From positions 31,608,639-31,672,638 of the forward strand of contig NC_069003.1 in the NCBI RefSeq assembly GCF_001194135.2: a DNA stretch of 64,000 bases, read 5' to 3'. Below the pieces are notes generated by a model, which worked only from the letters and a program-made list of their open reading frames with translations, searched no databases and had not been told where the DNA came from. Position numbers and translations under genes: made by a program. Each line of letters begins with the position of its first letter. Within the stretch, counting starts at the first letter, position 1. The stretch is from Octopus bimaculoides (lineage: Eukaryota). Positions 1 through 11,995 of this stretch are shown here, in pieces.

Positions 1-387
1 CAATTCTCATGCATCCTTATTTTTCCAACCATTATATACATGAATTACCATTGAACTTTAAAAGCTCAAAGACAATATAATGTATTGGTATATTTATTTT
101 TTTATACATTATTTTCTTCATTTTGTACTTCTTTGTAAAAAACATTTTCATTCTCCCTCTTCTTGAAAATTTGCTATGCAATGAAAGCCGGTTAGAAATC
201 TTTATTAAAATATGCTTCCAGTTAAGCATTCTGCCTTATTATTATTTTTCATTTTCCTATATATATATATATGTATTGGCAAAGACATTATATATGTGTG
301 GGTGTGTGTGTATATATATATATATATAATATATGAATGTGTGGGTGTGTTTATGTGTATATAGATATATATATGTATGTATGTATG

Positions 388-535
388 TGAGTCAGTGCTG
401 GAAAATTCCTAGCTTTAAGAGTATCATAAAAGGACTGGTTAGAGACCCAACCTTCTGAGTCCTATAACAGGGCTTAGAGAAACTGAAGGACTGCTGCAAT
501 AAATGTGTTTTCTTTTACTTTTCAACACCCCCTCA
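388..535. mobile_element. mariner-like MITE remnant
   Basis: Imperfect ends TGAGTCAGTGCTGGAAAAT / revcomp TGAGGGGGTGTTGAAAAGT, embedded in TA/CA microsatellite. Confidence 0.45.
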
Positions 536-2849
536 CACATACATACATATATATTTATTTACACACACACACACACACAGCAATAGCTTAGAAAACTCTG
601 GAGAAGCAATACGAAGAACTGAAGTGTTTTTCATTTCCTGAAGACTAGAATAGCAACAACAACAACAAAAGAACCATTCACTCTAAACAATGTGTACAAC
701 AAGGAACAGACAGTGGAAGTTCACAAGAGGCTCTCTCTCTCTCCTCTCTCTTTCCAAAATAAGAATGTTCATTTAAGATTAAAAAGTGAGTTGTTTATGG
801 AGAAAATTTAAAGGAGTGAGGGGAAAAAAAGCTCTATTCTAGATATTTCCAGCATGGAGTCATTACTTCATATTGTCTTCTGACCTTTTTTTTCTTCTTT
901 GAGTTCATAGCCTTCATAATAATAATAATGATAATAATAATAGTTGTAGTAGTAGTAATAATAATAATAATGTATTATTGTTATTATTAATAATTTGTCA
1001 GAATAAAAAAAAGAAAAGTTACACAGTAAAGACAGAAAAATAATTCAAAGTTTTAATTACTTTCGATATAATAATATTAGGCAGCCTCCAACCTTTTCTA
1101 TCCAAATGTTTTTCACCCAATATTTACATGCTGTTATTTATAGCTTTATCTGCTTCAAGATACACCGTTCAAAAAATCATAATAAATCTGTATTTTCTTC
1201 AAGGGCAAAAATGCTTAAATACTTAGCAGGGGCAACATTTTGGGACGTATTACACACAGACAGATACTAACACTCGTTCTTCCATATTTTTCTAGCCACA
1301 ATCCAAGGATTGTGGCCATGCTGGGCTACTTTTTCAGGGGTTTTAGTCAAAAATATTGAACCCCAATACTTAATCTGGTACTTATTTTATCAATTTCTAT
1401 CTGTTTAGCTCATTTCTTGAGTTACACAGTTTTTTTTTGTTTGTTCTTTTAAGGGTTTCCTTTACTTTTTAAATGTAAATAACATAGATATTTACATTGA
1501 TTTATATCTGGTATACACAGACGCATGCATAAACTCATGTACATGCATACAAAATAGAGATAATAATAAGAAGAATTATTATTATTATTATCATTGTTAT
1601 TATTTTATCGTTGGTTCATTGCACCAGAAATTCTCCAATTTCTGAAGAATTTGTGTCCCAGTTTTTGTTGTCTCTGCAAAGCCTGCATCTTTTTCAGTAG
1701 CAGACATTGGTTGAGGAGGCAGAGGGAGACAGTCTATTATTATGTCATCTCCAAGAATGTAATCCTTCAGCCCCACCACCACCACCACTACCACTACCAC
1801 CACCACCACCACATCATTCCTCGTTTCCATACTTTGTTGCTGCATAAACCTAGAAGAGTAATTAGATTGTTAATGGTTTATTTCTTTTATCAGATTATGG
1901 TTTTTTGGGTTTTTTTTTTACTTCAGCTTCAGGGGGCTTCATTGTTTTCTTCTCCCTGTGCATTACCCCCACCCTGCTGTTCTGGTGCAGCACTGTAGAA
2001 GACTTGTGTTTCAATCTAATGTCATTGCACTTCAGCCCCCCGCAAGTCACCCCTGATCCAGCAGATCTGTGATTAACACTGTTACGGATATCACCACCCC
2101 ATCTTATTTTCAATCTATCGATCCATCCATCCATCCATCGAGATGGTAGAGTGTATTATCTGAGAGGAGATTTGGCTGCTATTTCTTGTAGGCAGAGACT
2201 CGCATTCTAGCTCATCTTCTTTGGGTGTATATCTGGGACAAGTCAGTTTGACAAATTCCTTTCTCCCTCCCTCTCTCTCTCTCCCTTCATCCCTCTGTCC
2301 CTCTCCCCTAACTGTAATCCATACAAGAATTAGAACTTACTACTACATTGCCAGGTAATGATGAACCACTAATCAATTTCACACTGCTTCTTCAAGCCGC
2401 ATGTGGTCGGGTTGCTGAACTTGCTAGAAATAGCAACCTAATCACCTAAATACGGTTTTAATGGGATAGAATACAATGGATAATTTAGTCGTATATATAA
2501 TATATATAACTGTATCAATAACGTTCAACAGAATTTGAACAAAGCACTATTTCATTCGACTAACGATTCTGCCTTTCACTGTGCTAAATAATTATATTAT
2601 TCTTTTCTACTGTAGGCACAAGGCCCGAAATTTCAGGGGAGGGGACCAGTCGATTAGATCAACCCCAGTACATAACGGGTACTTAATTTATCAACTCTGA
2701 AAGGATGAAAAGGCAAAGTCGACCTCAGCGGAATTTGAACTCAGAATGTAACGACGCTCTACTGCTTTGGCCAGCTCGCTGTCCAGTAATAATAATGTCT
2801 CAAATCCTATTTGCTCTCTCTTTCCGTCTATCGCATATAAAATATCTAT

Positions 2850-3230
2850 TTTTTCATTCAAGGCTGATGGTTCATTCCATTGCTAATCACTACGTTGTAC
2901 CCTTAAAATTTATAGGATAGGTTAATCGCGTCAACACTCGAAGGATCGCCATTGGTGAGGGGTGAAATTATTAGCGTCAAACAAACCTAATTGCAACGAA
3001 CTACGGTTTTACGTTAGTTATCTCCCTTACACTACTAAACTTCACCAGCTTACCTATTGCGGTTTGACTATATAACTTTGTCTGTGTGTGTGACTCGGAT
3101 GCCTTCATGTTCGTGTGTCGTGTGCCTGCATTATAATGTACGCGCGATCCTGCGTTCATCACTACTTACTCATAACATAATTGATACTACATTAGGCAAG
3201 AAGAACAGTACTATCTCTCCCAACTGTAAC
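2850..3230. promoter_or_regulatory. CpG-enriched unique segment, possible promoter/first-exon region
   Basis: Many CpGs (e.g. TACGCGCGATCC, AATCGCGTC) versus the depleted background. Donor-like AG|GTAAGC on - at 3053 and TG|GTGAGG on + near 2955. Orientation unresolved. Confidence 0.35.
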
Positions 3231-3231
3231 C

Positions 3232-3450
3232 AACGGCAGAATCGTTAGCACGCCGGGCGAAATGCTTGCTTAACGGTATATTGTCTGTCGTTGTGTTCTG
3301 AGTTCAAATTCCGCCGAGGTCGACTTAGCCTTTCATCCTTGGGGGTCGATAAATTAAGTACCAATCAAGTACTGGTGTCGATGTGATCGACTATCCCCTC
3401 CCCACAAATTTCAGGCCTTGTGCTTATAGTAGAAAAGATTATTATTAATA
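3232..3450 (+). mobile_element. Family B SINE (other copies ~2600-2780 -, 3822-3962 +, 12315-12540 -, 59045-59260 +)
   Basis: Same head and core as 48982-49214. Confidence 0.8.
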
Positions 3451-4309
3451 GTAGTAGTAGTAGTGGTGGTGGTGGTGGTGGTTTAAAACCTACTAGTTAA
3501 CCAAGTTACATCTTAACACAGCGCAGTATATACCTCCATAGAACAAGGGAGCCTTTACGCGGTTGTTCGACCTGCTGGAAACAGCAGCAAAATCTCTAGG
3601 TCACAGCGTACAACTACAAGATGGCACTTATCTGTTATACCCTGGAGTTGTTGATTTTTTTAAATAATTTTTTTTGATTGGCTTTAAGTAGCTATAACTC
3701 TGTTGGGGGCTTATCTCGTTTTTTATGCCTTTCCTATATTTTCTAATTCCTGTTTTGTGTCCACCAACACCCCCACCCCCATCACCACCACCATTTGTAA
3801 TGTTTCTTCATCCGACTTTGTGGTGGCGAGCTGGCAGAAACGTTAGCACGCCGGACGCAATGCTTAGCGGTATTTCGACTGCCGTTACGTTCTGAGTTCA
3901 AATTCGGCCGAAGTCGACTTTGCCTTTTATCCTTTCGGGGTCGATAAATTAAGTACCAGTTGATGATATGCATGCACAAACATCTGTCTAGCCAACCATC
4001 CATCCATCCATCCATACATACATACTTTGTTCTATTTTCCTATATGTCAAGCGAAGTGCAATTGTAATTGTGGCCGATGCTGGTGTCATGTAACTGGCAC
4101 CCATGTCAGTGGCACGTAAAATGCACCCATTACAGTCTTGGAGTAGTTGGTATGAGGAAGGGCATCCAGCCGTAGAAACCATGCCATGATGATGATGATG
4201 GTATATATATGCAAAATACATCACTGGCCTAGAGTAATTATATGATTGAGAAATGGACTCCTTAGTTACACAGCCATGAAAGTTCTCGGATACATTGCAT
4301 CAAGTTTAC

Positions 4310-4560
4310 TTTGGAATTTCATCACTGTTGTTATTGCGACCATCATCATCACCATGGCTACCCTTGTCATTGTCACCATCACTATCCTTATTGTTGTCAT
4401 CGCTACCTTCATTATTGTCGTAATCGTTGCTACTATTCGCATGGTCTCCATGGCCTGTCATCATCACAACCATCATCATCATCATCATCATCATTACTCC
4501 CACTGCCACCTCTGTCACCACCACTACCACAGTATCACTGTTAGCCATCATCATCATCAT
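4310..4560. repeat. Degenerate (CAT/CAC)n trinucleotide tract
   Basis: Source of the His-, Met- and Val-rich ORFs in the track. Confidence 0.9.
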
Positions 4561-4939
4561 AATCCTATTAACTTAACATTGCTGTTACTAAGCTATTTTC
4601 TATGATTTTGTCATCTTAGCCTTTTTCAATGTTTGTGTGTGTGTGTGTGTGTGTCTCACCATCTCTCTCTCTCTCTCTCTCTCTCGCTACATAAATCTAT
4701 GCATATGTGTTGTGTCTATATATGTATATTTACCTATGTCTGTTTGTTTTTTCTCTGTGTGTGTGTGTGTGTGTTTGTCTTCATGTGTCTTTCTGTGGAT
4801 GAAATACTCTGGTCCTCCCTCCATCCTCTTCTTCCATCTTGCCACCACATCATTGTTATTTATCATTGTTCTCCTCCAAATCACCCCCCCACCCCCGCTC
4901 TCTCTCCCACCATCTTCAGGTTCCCCACCACCACCACCA

Positions 4940-5598
4940 NNNNNNNNNNNNNNNNNNNNNNNNNNNNNNNNNNNNNNNNNNNNNNNNNNNNNNNNNNNNN
5001 NNNNNNNNNNNNNNNNNNNNNNNNNNNNNNNNNNNNNNNNNNNNNNNNNNNNNNNNNNNNNNNNNNNNNNNNNNNNNNNNNNNNNNNNNNNNNNNNNNNN
5101 NNNNNNNNNNNNNNNNNNNNNNNNNNNNNNNNNNNNNNNNNNNNNNNNNNNNNNNNNNNNNNNNNNNNNNNNNNNNNNNNNNNNNNNNNNNNNNNNNNNN
5201 NNNNNNNNNNNNNNNNNNNNNNNNNNNNNNNNNNNNNNNNNNNNNNNNNNNNNNNNNNNNNNNNNNNNNNNNNNNNNNNNNNNNNNNNNNNNNNNNNNNN
5301 NNNNNNNNNNNNNNNNNNNNNNNNNNNNNNNNNNNNNNNNNNNNNNNNNNNNNNNNNNNNNNNNNNNNNNNNNNNNNNNNNNNNNNNNNNNNNNNNNNNN
5401 NNNNNNNNNNNNNNNNNNNNNNNNNNNNNNNNNNNNNNNNNNNNNNNNNNNNNNNNNNNNNNNNNNNNNNNNNNNNNNNNNNNNNNNNNNNNNNNNNNNN
5501 NNNNNNNNNNNNNNNNNNNNNNNNNNNNNNNNNNNNNNNNNNNNNNNNNNNNNNNNNNNNNNNNNNNNNNNNNNNNNNNNNNNNNNNNNNNNNNNNNN
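4940..5598. other. Assembly gap (other large gaps 26714-26828, 37986-38451, 52368-52563, 62178-62519)
   Basis: Runs of N; all long X-containing ORFs derive from these. Confidence 0.99.
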
Positions 5599-5670
5599 CT
5601 GCCCTTTACTTCTCACCCCAACAATATCTCCTTCGTTACCGCCTCTCCTCGCTGCCCTCTCCACTTCACA

Positions 5671-5713
<43 letters not shown>

Positions 5714-6272
5714 TTTCCATAAATCTTCATCCTTGGGCAAAGGGCTTAACTCATCAAACCAGTTGCTGCTTACCATTGGTGGTGGCGGTGGTGGTAGGAT
5801 TGGTTTAAGATGAACATAAACAAAACATCGGGTACCTCGGCCCCACCCCATACTTCCTTACCCCCACTCCACAAGAAAGAAAAAGCAAAAAAAAAGCAAG
5901 AGATGTTACCTACTTCTTAAGCCTACCATTACTACCGTCCTTCCTTCCATATCTTGAGTAGAGTGTTATAATCCCTTCCAGGAGCAAAATAATAAATATA
6001 TTCGGGTGGAGACCATGTGTGAGGTTCCCCTTTTCTTTCTCACACAAATAGGGGGTCTTTGAATGTAGGACTGTTTGATGGCAACCCATTTTTTTTTTTC
6101 TTTTTAATATAACTACTGCACCCCTTTAAAAAAATAGGTTACCATTTACACACACACACATTATTAATGCAGTACCTAGCACACTCAGCAGATATACATA
6201 CATGCCAACACATTCACTCTCACTTACACATGTACACACACTCACATGCATCTACTCTCACTCATCCGCATG

Positions 6273-6309
<37 letters not shown>

Positions 6310-7106
6310 TCACATGTGTGTACTCTCGCTGACACAAGCACTCTCATTTACATACCTGCATCCTACACATGCACTCTTACACCTCATTTACACTCACCCG
6401 CTCACAATCTTACACACATACTCATACTCACACACACACACACACATCCCATCCACCAATATAAAATATAACCACAACCTATGGTTTACTGCTTTTCCCA
6501 TTCTACCAGAATCCTACAGTGACTCTTCCACCTGTCTTCTTGTCTCCATCTTAATTACTATTCCTCTTCATCTTTACCCCTGTGGCAAATAAAAGAAATT
6601 ATAATTATAATTATGGTGAATTTGCCTTTCATTCTTTCAGGCATGATAAACTATGTACCAGTTGCACACTAGGGCTCGGTGTAATAGATTTATCCCCTCC
6701 CCTGAAACTACTGACCTTGTGTCAAAACTCGAGATCATTATTATTGTTCTTAGAGTCTTGCATGCATAGCTGGCTTGCTGCCTGCAATCTACGGCACCAT
6801 GCTATCTGTTCTTTTCAACTATCTAATACTTTCCTAATTATTCTGGCCATGCCAAAGAGGCAGACCTTTGGTAACAGTTCTACAGGGCACTCTATACTGA
6901 TTTCCTTTTTATTCCTCCTGATGCCTTCTGATACTATCCTCCAGGGACCCAATAATATCTGGCACTTTGCTTGGTGGCATTTTGTCCGTCTTTACATTCC
7001 GAGTTCAAATTCCACTTAGGTCGACTTTGTCTTTCAAGTACTAGGATCGATGTAATTTACTATCCCCCTCCTCAAAAATTTGAGGCCCTGTGCCTCCAGT
7101 AGAAAA

Positions 7107-7146
<40 letters not shown>

Positions 7147-7275
7147 GTATGGCAGCGAGCTGGCAGAATCATTTGCAGAGTTTTATCCATCTTTACATTC
7201 TGAGTTCAAATTCCACAAAAATTAAGCACCACTCTACATCTTGAGGATGAGACTGAGTTAACCTGGAAATGTTGA

Positions 7276-7521
7276 TTAACCCTTTAGCATTTAAACCAGG
7301 CATATCTGGCCCAACTGTTTCACTCGTTTTATGCTCAAACAGGTCAGATCTAGCTTCTCACACCTATCCTACAATGTCATTCTACAAAAATAAACAAAAA
7401 TAAACAAAAATAAACACATCATGAAAATGTTGAAGCCCTGAGATAATGCATGATTAATTCCAAACAGTGTGAATTGATAATCATTACATTTGACAGAGTA
7501 ATCTGAATTCTAAAGGGTTAA
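7276..7521. mobile_element. piggyBac-like MITE family F (copies ~16300-16515, 20947-21182, 40670-40860, 48580-48800, 50750-50969, 61725-62130)
   Basis: TTAA-CCCTTTAG...TAAAGGG-TTAA termini: TTAA target duplication and CCC-starting terminal inverted repeats. Confidence 0.75.
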
Positions 7522-9148
7522 ATGAATTTGGGAACTTTATCATTCGGAACAAACTACAAGAGTCTTATATGCAAATCAAAAAGAAAAAAAAAATCTGCTA
7601 TAAAAAAAATGGAACATAGTTGTGTTTACAATATATCATGTCTTAAAGAAAAGCTGTCCCCCACCTCAAATACACACACACAGACACACACACACACACA
7701 CATGTATGTACATACCAATGTTTGTGTATTTGTATATTTATTATTTGGGAATCGTTGTTCCAGTTAGTCAAGTTTATATTTTTTACCCCCTGTGCTAAAT
7801 GAAAACCACATGTGGGAAACTAAACCAATATGTGACTGGGGGGAAGATTTGGNNNNNNNNNNNNNNNNNNNNNNGGGGGGGGGGGTCAGTGCCTTCATCT
7901 TTATGTCTCCTTCACTTAAGTAAAAGCTGAGTTTCCAAGTCTTGTCACCATTTCATGTGTGCCTTCCACTGATGGTTCGGATTGCATTGTTCAACAAGAT
8001 CCATTGAGTTGACTGATCGCATCTCGCTCCAGTGTCTGAGTTTTGGCATGATTTCTACAGATGGATGCCATTCCTAATGTCAACTATTTTATATATACAA
8101 TCTAGCTGAATGGAATACTTTCATGATAGTATGATAGATCTGTTGACCCCAAGGTTGACCTTTGGCGAAACAGCAACAAGAAAGGTGCATCACTACATGA
8201 AATAATGACCCCCACCCCATCTGACACACAGCTTGGCTCTTCTTCAATTTGCTCCCACCATCATCAGCACCACCACACCAGTTCTTAGGAAAGGAATTTC
8301 TTAAATAAATCAACAGCAACAGGCATGATCTTGAGGTAAAATAAACACAGGTGTGGCTGTGTGGTAAGAAGCTTGCTTACCAACCACATGGTTCTGGTTC
8401 ACTCCTGCTATGTCTTCTACTATAGTCCCATACTGACCAAAGCTTTGTTAGTGGATTTAATAGATGGAAACTGAATGTATGTATATCTGTGGTGTGTTTG
8501 TGTTTTTGTCTTCCTCTACTGCTTGACAACTGGCTTTGGTAGTAGTGATGCATATTTTTTGTTGTTTGGCCAAAGGTCAGCCACAAGTCAACAGATCTAT
8601 TATATATATTATTATGAAAGCCTTCCATTCAGTTAGATTGTGTATTTGTGACTATACAGTTCAAAGTATGCTTTTTCCCTTTTTGTCTTTTTATTCTAAG
8701 ATGATTGGATGCAATTCAAGCATGATTTGGCTGCTACTTCTAGGTCAAGCAATTGCATGGCTGCTCTCTCATTGGCTCACGTTATTGGGGAAACTGTAAT
8801 AGAATGTGACCTAAGTTCACCTGGGAAGCCTTATAATTTCTTTGATCTTTCACCTGGAAATTTTTTTAATTTCTGGTCTAGTTCAGGAAACAAAAGCTCT
8901 TTCTCGGAAGTTTTTCTGTTATTTCTGGTTGAAAGCATTTGTAGAATGAGGATTTGAGGGGGCCTTTTTTTTTTTGTTATATAAATATAAATGTTGTGAA
9001 TAAATTATAAGAACAAAAGACTTGAATATGAAGACTGTCAGCTGTTGTATATAACAGCCACCTGCGATCGAGAAGGATTATTCTTTGCCTATTACTATTG
9101 CACCCCTGTTAATACATACTCACACACATACATATTAACACATGGATA

Positions 9149-9184
<36 letters not shown>

Positions 9185-9327
9185 GCATGCATGCACACAC
9201 ACACACACACCTGGAGATGACTTTGATGGGCTGGTTAGTGCTAATTTAGTGGAAACGGGTCTGATCTACTCCCTCGCCAGCCTCATTCTGTTTCCTGTGG
9301 GCATTGATGAAAAAAATGTAGTTACCC

Positions 9328-10082
9328 AGGCGCAGGAGTGGCTGTGTGGTAAAAAAGCTTGCTTCCCGACCACATGGTTCTGGGTTCGGTCTCACTGCAT
9401 GTTTCCTTGGGCAAGTGTCTTCTACTATAGCTTCGAGCAAATCAAAGCCTTGTGAGTGGATTTGGTAGATGGAAACTGAAAGAAGTCTTTTGTATATATA
9501 TACATATCAGTGACCTTATTTCTCTAGGAACAGACATAAACTTCCTGTTGAAAAAGAGTTCATAACTCCAACTAAAAACATTTGTCTCCCCTTACACACA
9601 CACTTCCTGTTGAAGAAGAGTTCATAACTCCAACTAAAAACATTTGTCTCCCCTTACACACACTTCCTGTTTTGACACCACACTTCCTGCTTAACACAAA
9701 CATTTAACCCTTTTTTTAAACCTAACACAACTGTCAATTCTCATACATCCTTATTTTTCCAACCATTATATACATGATCTACCATTGAACTTCAAAAGCT
9801 CAAAGACAATATAATGTATTGGTATATTTATTTTTTTATATATTATTTTCTTCATTTTGTACTTCTTTGTAAAAAACATTTTCATTCTCCTTCTTCTTGA
9901 AAATTTGCTTCACAATGAAAGCCTGTTAGAAATCTTGATTAAAATATGCTTCCAATTTAGCATTCTGCCTTCTTTTTCATTTTCCTATTATTTCTCCACG
10001 TGCGGTTAACACAACCTCACTATTTACTGACTTATATAATATTAGGGACAAAATCCAAAATTACAGGTAAAAACTCAATTAA

Positions 10083-10128
<46 letters not shown>

Positions 10129-10325
10129 TTCTGTGTCTGTGTTTGATCCCCCAACATTGCTTGACAATCGATGTTGGCGTGTTTATGTCTCCGTAACTTA
10201 GTAGTTCAGCAAAACAGACTGATAGAATAAATACTAGGTTTACAAAGAATAAGTCCTGGGGTCAGTTTGTTTGACTAAAGGCAGTGCTCCAGCATGGCCG
10301 CAGTCAAATGACTAACAAGTAAAAG
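9328..10325 (+). mobile_element. Family A SINE split by a ~580-bp insertion in its internal microsatellite
   Basis: 5' half 9328-9500 and 3' half ~10110-10325; family E element lies between them. Confidence 0.75.
9508..10085. repeat. Unclassified interspersed repeat family E (other copies 1-252 same orientation; ~37612-37985 inverted)
   Basis: Long shared stretch caattctcat..ccttatttttccaaccattatatacatga..aaaagctcaaagacaatataatg in three places; internal ~60-bp tandem units at 9540-9670. Confidence 0.8.
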
Positions 10326-10479
10326 AATACCCAAAATGAGAAAAAAAAAAAAACAGTATATAGTTACCCAAATCTGAACCTAACCCCAACCTCTCTTAAT
10401 CAACCTACAGGGAATGTAAATGTTTACTTCTGAGACTAGAGCTGAAAGACATACAGTTATATGTACATGTGCATACGCT

Positions 10480-10551
10480 TAGCAGAGCCTAGTTTTGATC
10501 TACAGACGTCTGTGTTATGGGCCCAGCACAGTTCCACTGCGCCACTCTGCT
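10480..10551 (-). pseudogene. Initiator tRNA-Met(CAT) gene, degenerate
   Basis: Minus strand AGCAGAGTGGCGCAGTGGAACTGTGCTGGGCCCATAACACAGACGTCTGTAGATCAAAACTAGGCTCTGCTA, 72 nt, closely matching metazoan tRNAiMet with an intact acceptor stem and CAT anticodon. Mismatches in D, anticodon and T stems, T-loop ATCAAAA, and no T4 terminator. Confidence 0.85.
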
Positions 10552-11956
10552 GCCAGCAGTTTTATTTCACTTCTTTATTTTTATGACTCAATTGGTTAAC
10601 CATTCAATTAACCAACTAGGCTTGTCAAAAGTCCTTTTGACACCATTTGCAACCTCATCAAAGACATGTCCTCTCTACCTGAAGGCTACTTCCAGTCTGC
10701 CTGCCTGTCTGTCTATCTGCTGTTTAATATATAACCCTATCACAGAAACATGTTATAAAAAAAAAAATGAATCCTGGAAAGATGTCTTATTAATGATGTA
10801 CTTTGAGACACCTCGTTATTAAAGTCTTAATTACATATTTCTCTATACTTCTGCATTTGTTTCCTATACATAATAAAGGAAAAAAAAAACAGGTACAAAG
10901 TTTTAAAATAGGAATAGTTTGAGTTCATCCAAGACAGAGTTGTGGGCATTGTTGACCATTTAAAGTGTGTTTGAATGTTTTCAACTACATTTATACTGAT
11001 CTAACTCAATGTAGATCAATAACTGTATTTTTTTTTTTTTTTTTTTTCTGTTATAAATAAAAGAAATATCCTTTACTCAAGAATTTAGCATTATTCAGAC
11101 TGGATTAGGTGCAGGCATGGCTGTGGTAAGAAGTTTGCTTCCCAACATCATGGCCTTGAGTTCAATCCCACTGCATAGCATCTTCAGCAAGTGTCTTTTT
11201 ACTCTAGCCCCAGGGTTGACCAAGGCCTTGAGTGGATTTCATAGACAGATGCTCAAAGAAGCTTATTTTGTGTGTGTTTCTGTTTCCTTGCTTTGACTTC
11301 ATAGGATTGTTGTAAATGGATGTCCCCATTGTGCTGGTGGTACCCTCTGTTTCTAATCTTCTCTGGAAACCTGTCTGGTCATGGGAAATATTACCCTACT
11401 CGGAAATAGGTGAGGGTTGGCAACAAGAAGGGAATCTGACTGGCAGTTGTAAATCCACCTCCACAAAATCCATCTGACCTATGCAGGCATAGAAAAGCAG
11501 ATTTGACAGTGAAAAAGAAAACATTGTCACACAGGATGCTTCAAAGGTTCTGCACACTGGAACTGAACCTAAAATCATGCCATTGCAAGGTAAATAGTAT
11601 TTTTTTTTTAACCACGTGACCTTCCTTATGTGCGTAACCCCTCAACCAAACCGAACCCACACATGTAGCTAAGTAGCATTTCCTATATATTACTGTGACC
11701 TGCGATCTTTTGGCAAAGTTAAACCAACATTCTGCCATGGGTTAATGAACCAGAAGTCATGGCCAATTTGGTAACCAATGGCGTTCTTCTGACTAATTTG
11801 GAACTAGATGTGTAACTTCTTTCTTTTGTGTTAAACTTAGAAATAGAAACTCTCTCTCTCTCTCTCTCCCTCTCTCTCTACAAATGTATTTGTATGTAAG
11901 TATATATATATATATAAGTTGTGACATTTATACACCAGACCTTAAACATGAGATAT

Positions 11957-11995
<39 letters not shown>

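Noticed and set aside
4246-4605. His/Val/Met-rich ORFs resembling a metal-binding or membrane protein
   Set aside because: Produced by a (CAT/CAC)n microsatellite; open in several frames on both strands.
4633-5813. Long ORFs of 324-391 aa (and similar ones at 37.9-38.5, 52.3-52.6 and 62.1-62.6 kb)
   Set aside because: They run through N gaps and dinucleotide repeats; not real coding evidence.
9540-9670. Short direct repeats that might suggest a CRISPR-like array
   Set aside because: Contiguous ~60-bp tandem units without unique spacers, inside a eukaryotic interspersed repeat.
11577-11589. ATG CCA TTG CAA G|GTAAAT (MPLQ-D) phase-1 mini exon, with a DASKV motif upstream echoing the 20.8-kb exon
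   Set aside because: Only 13 coding nt directly after a SINE tail; a 5-residue match is compatible with chance.
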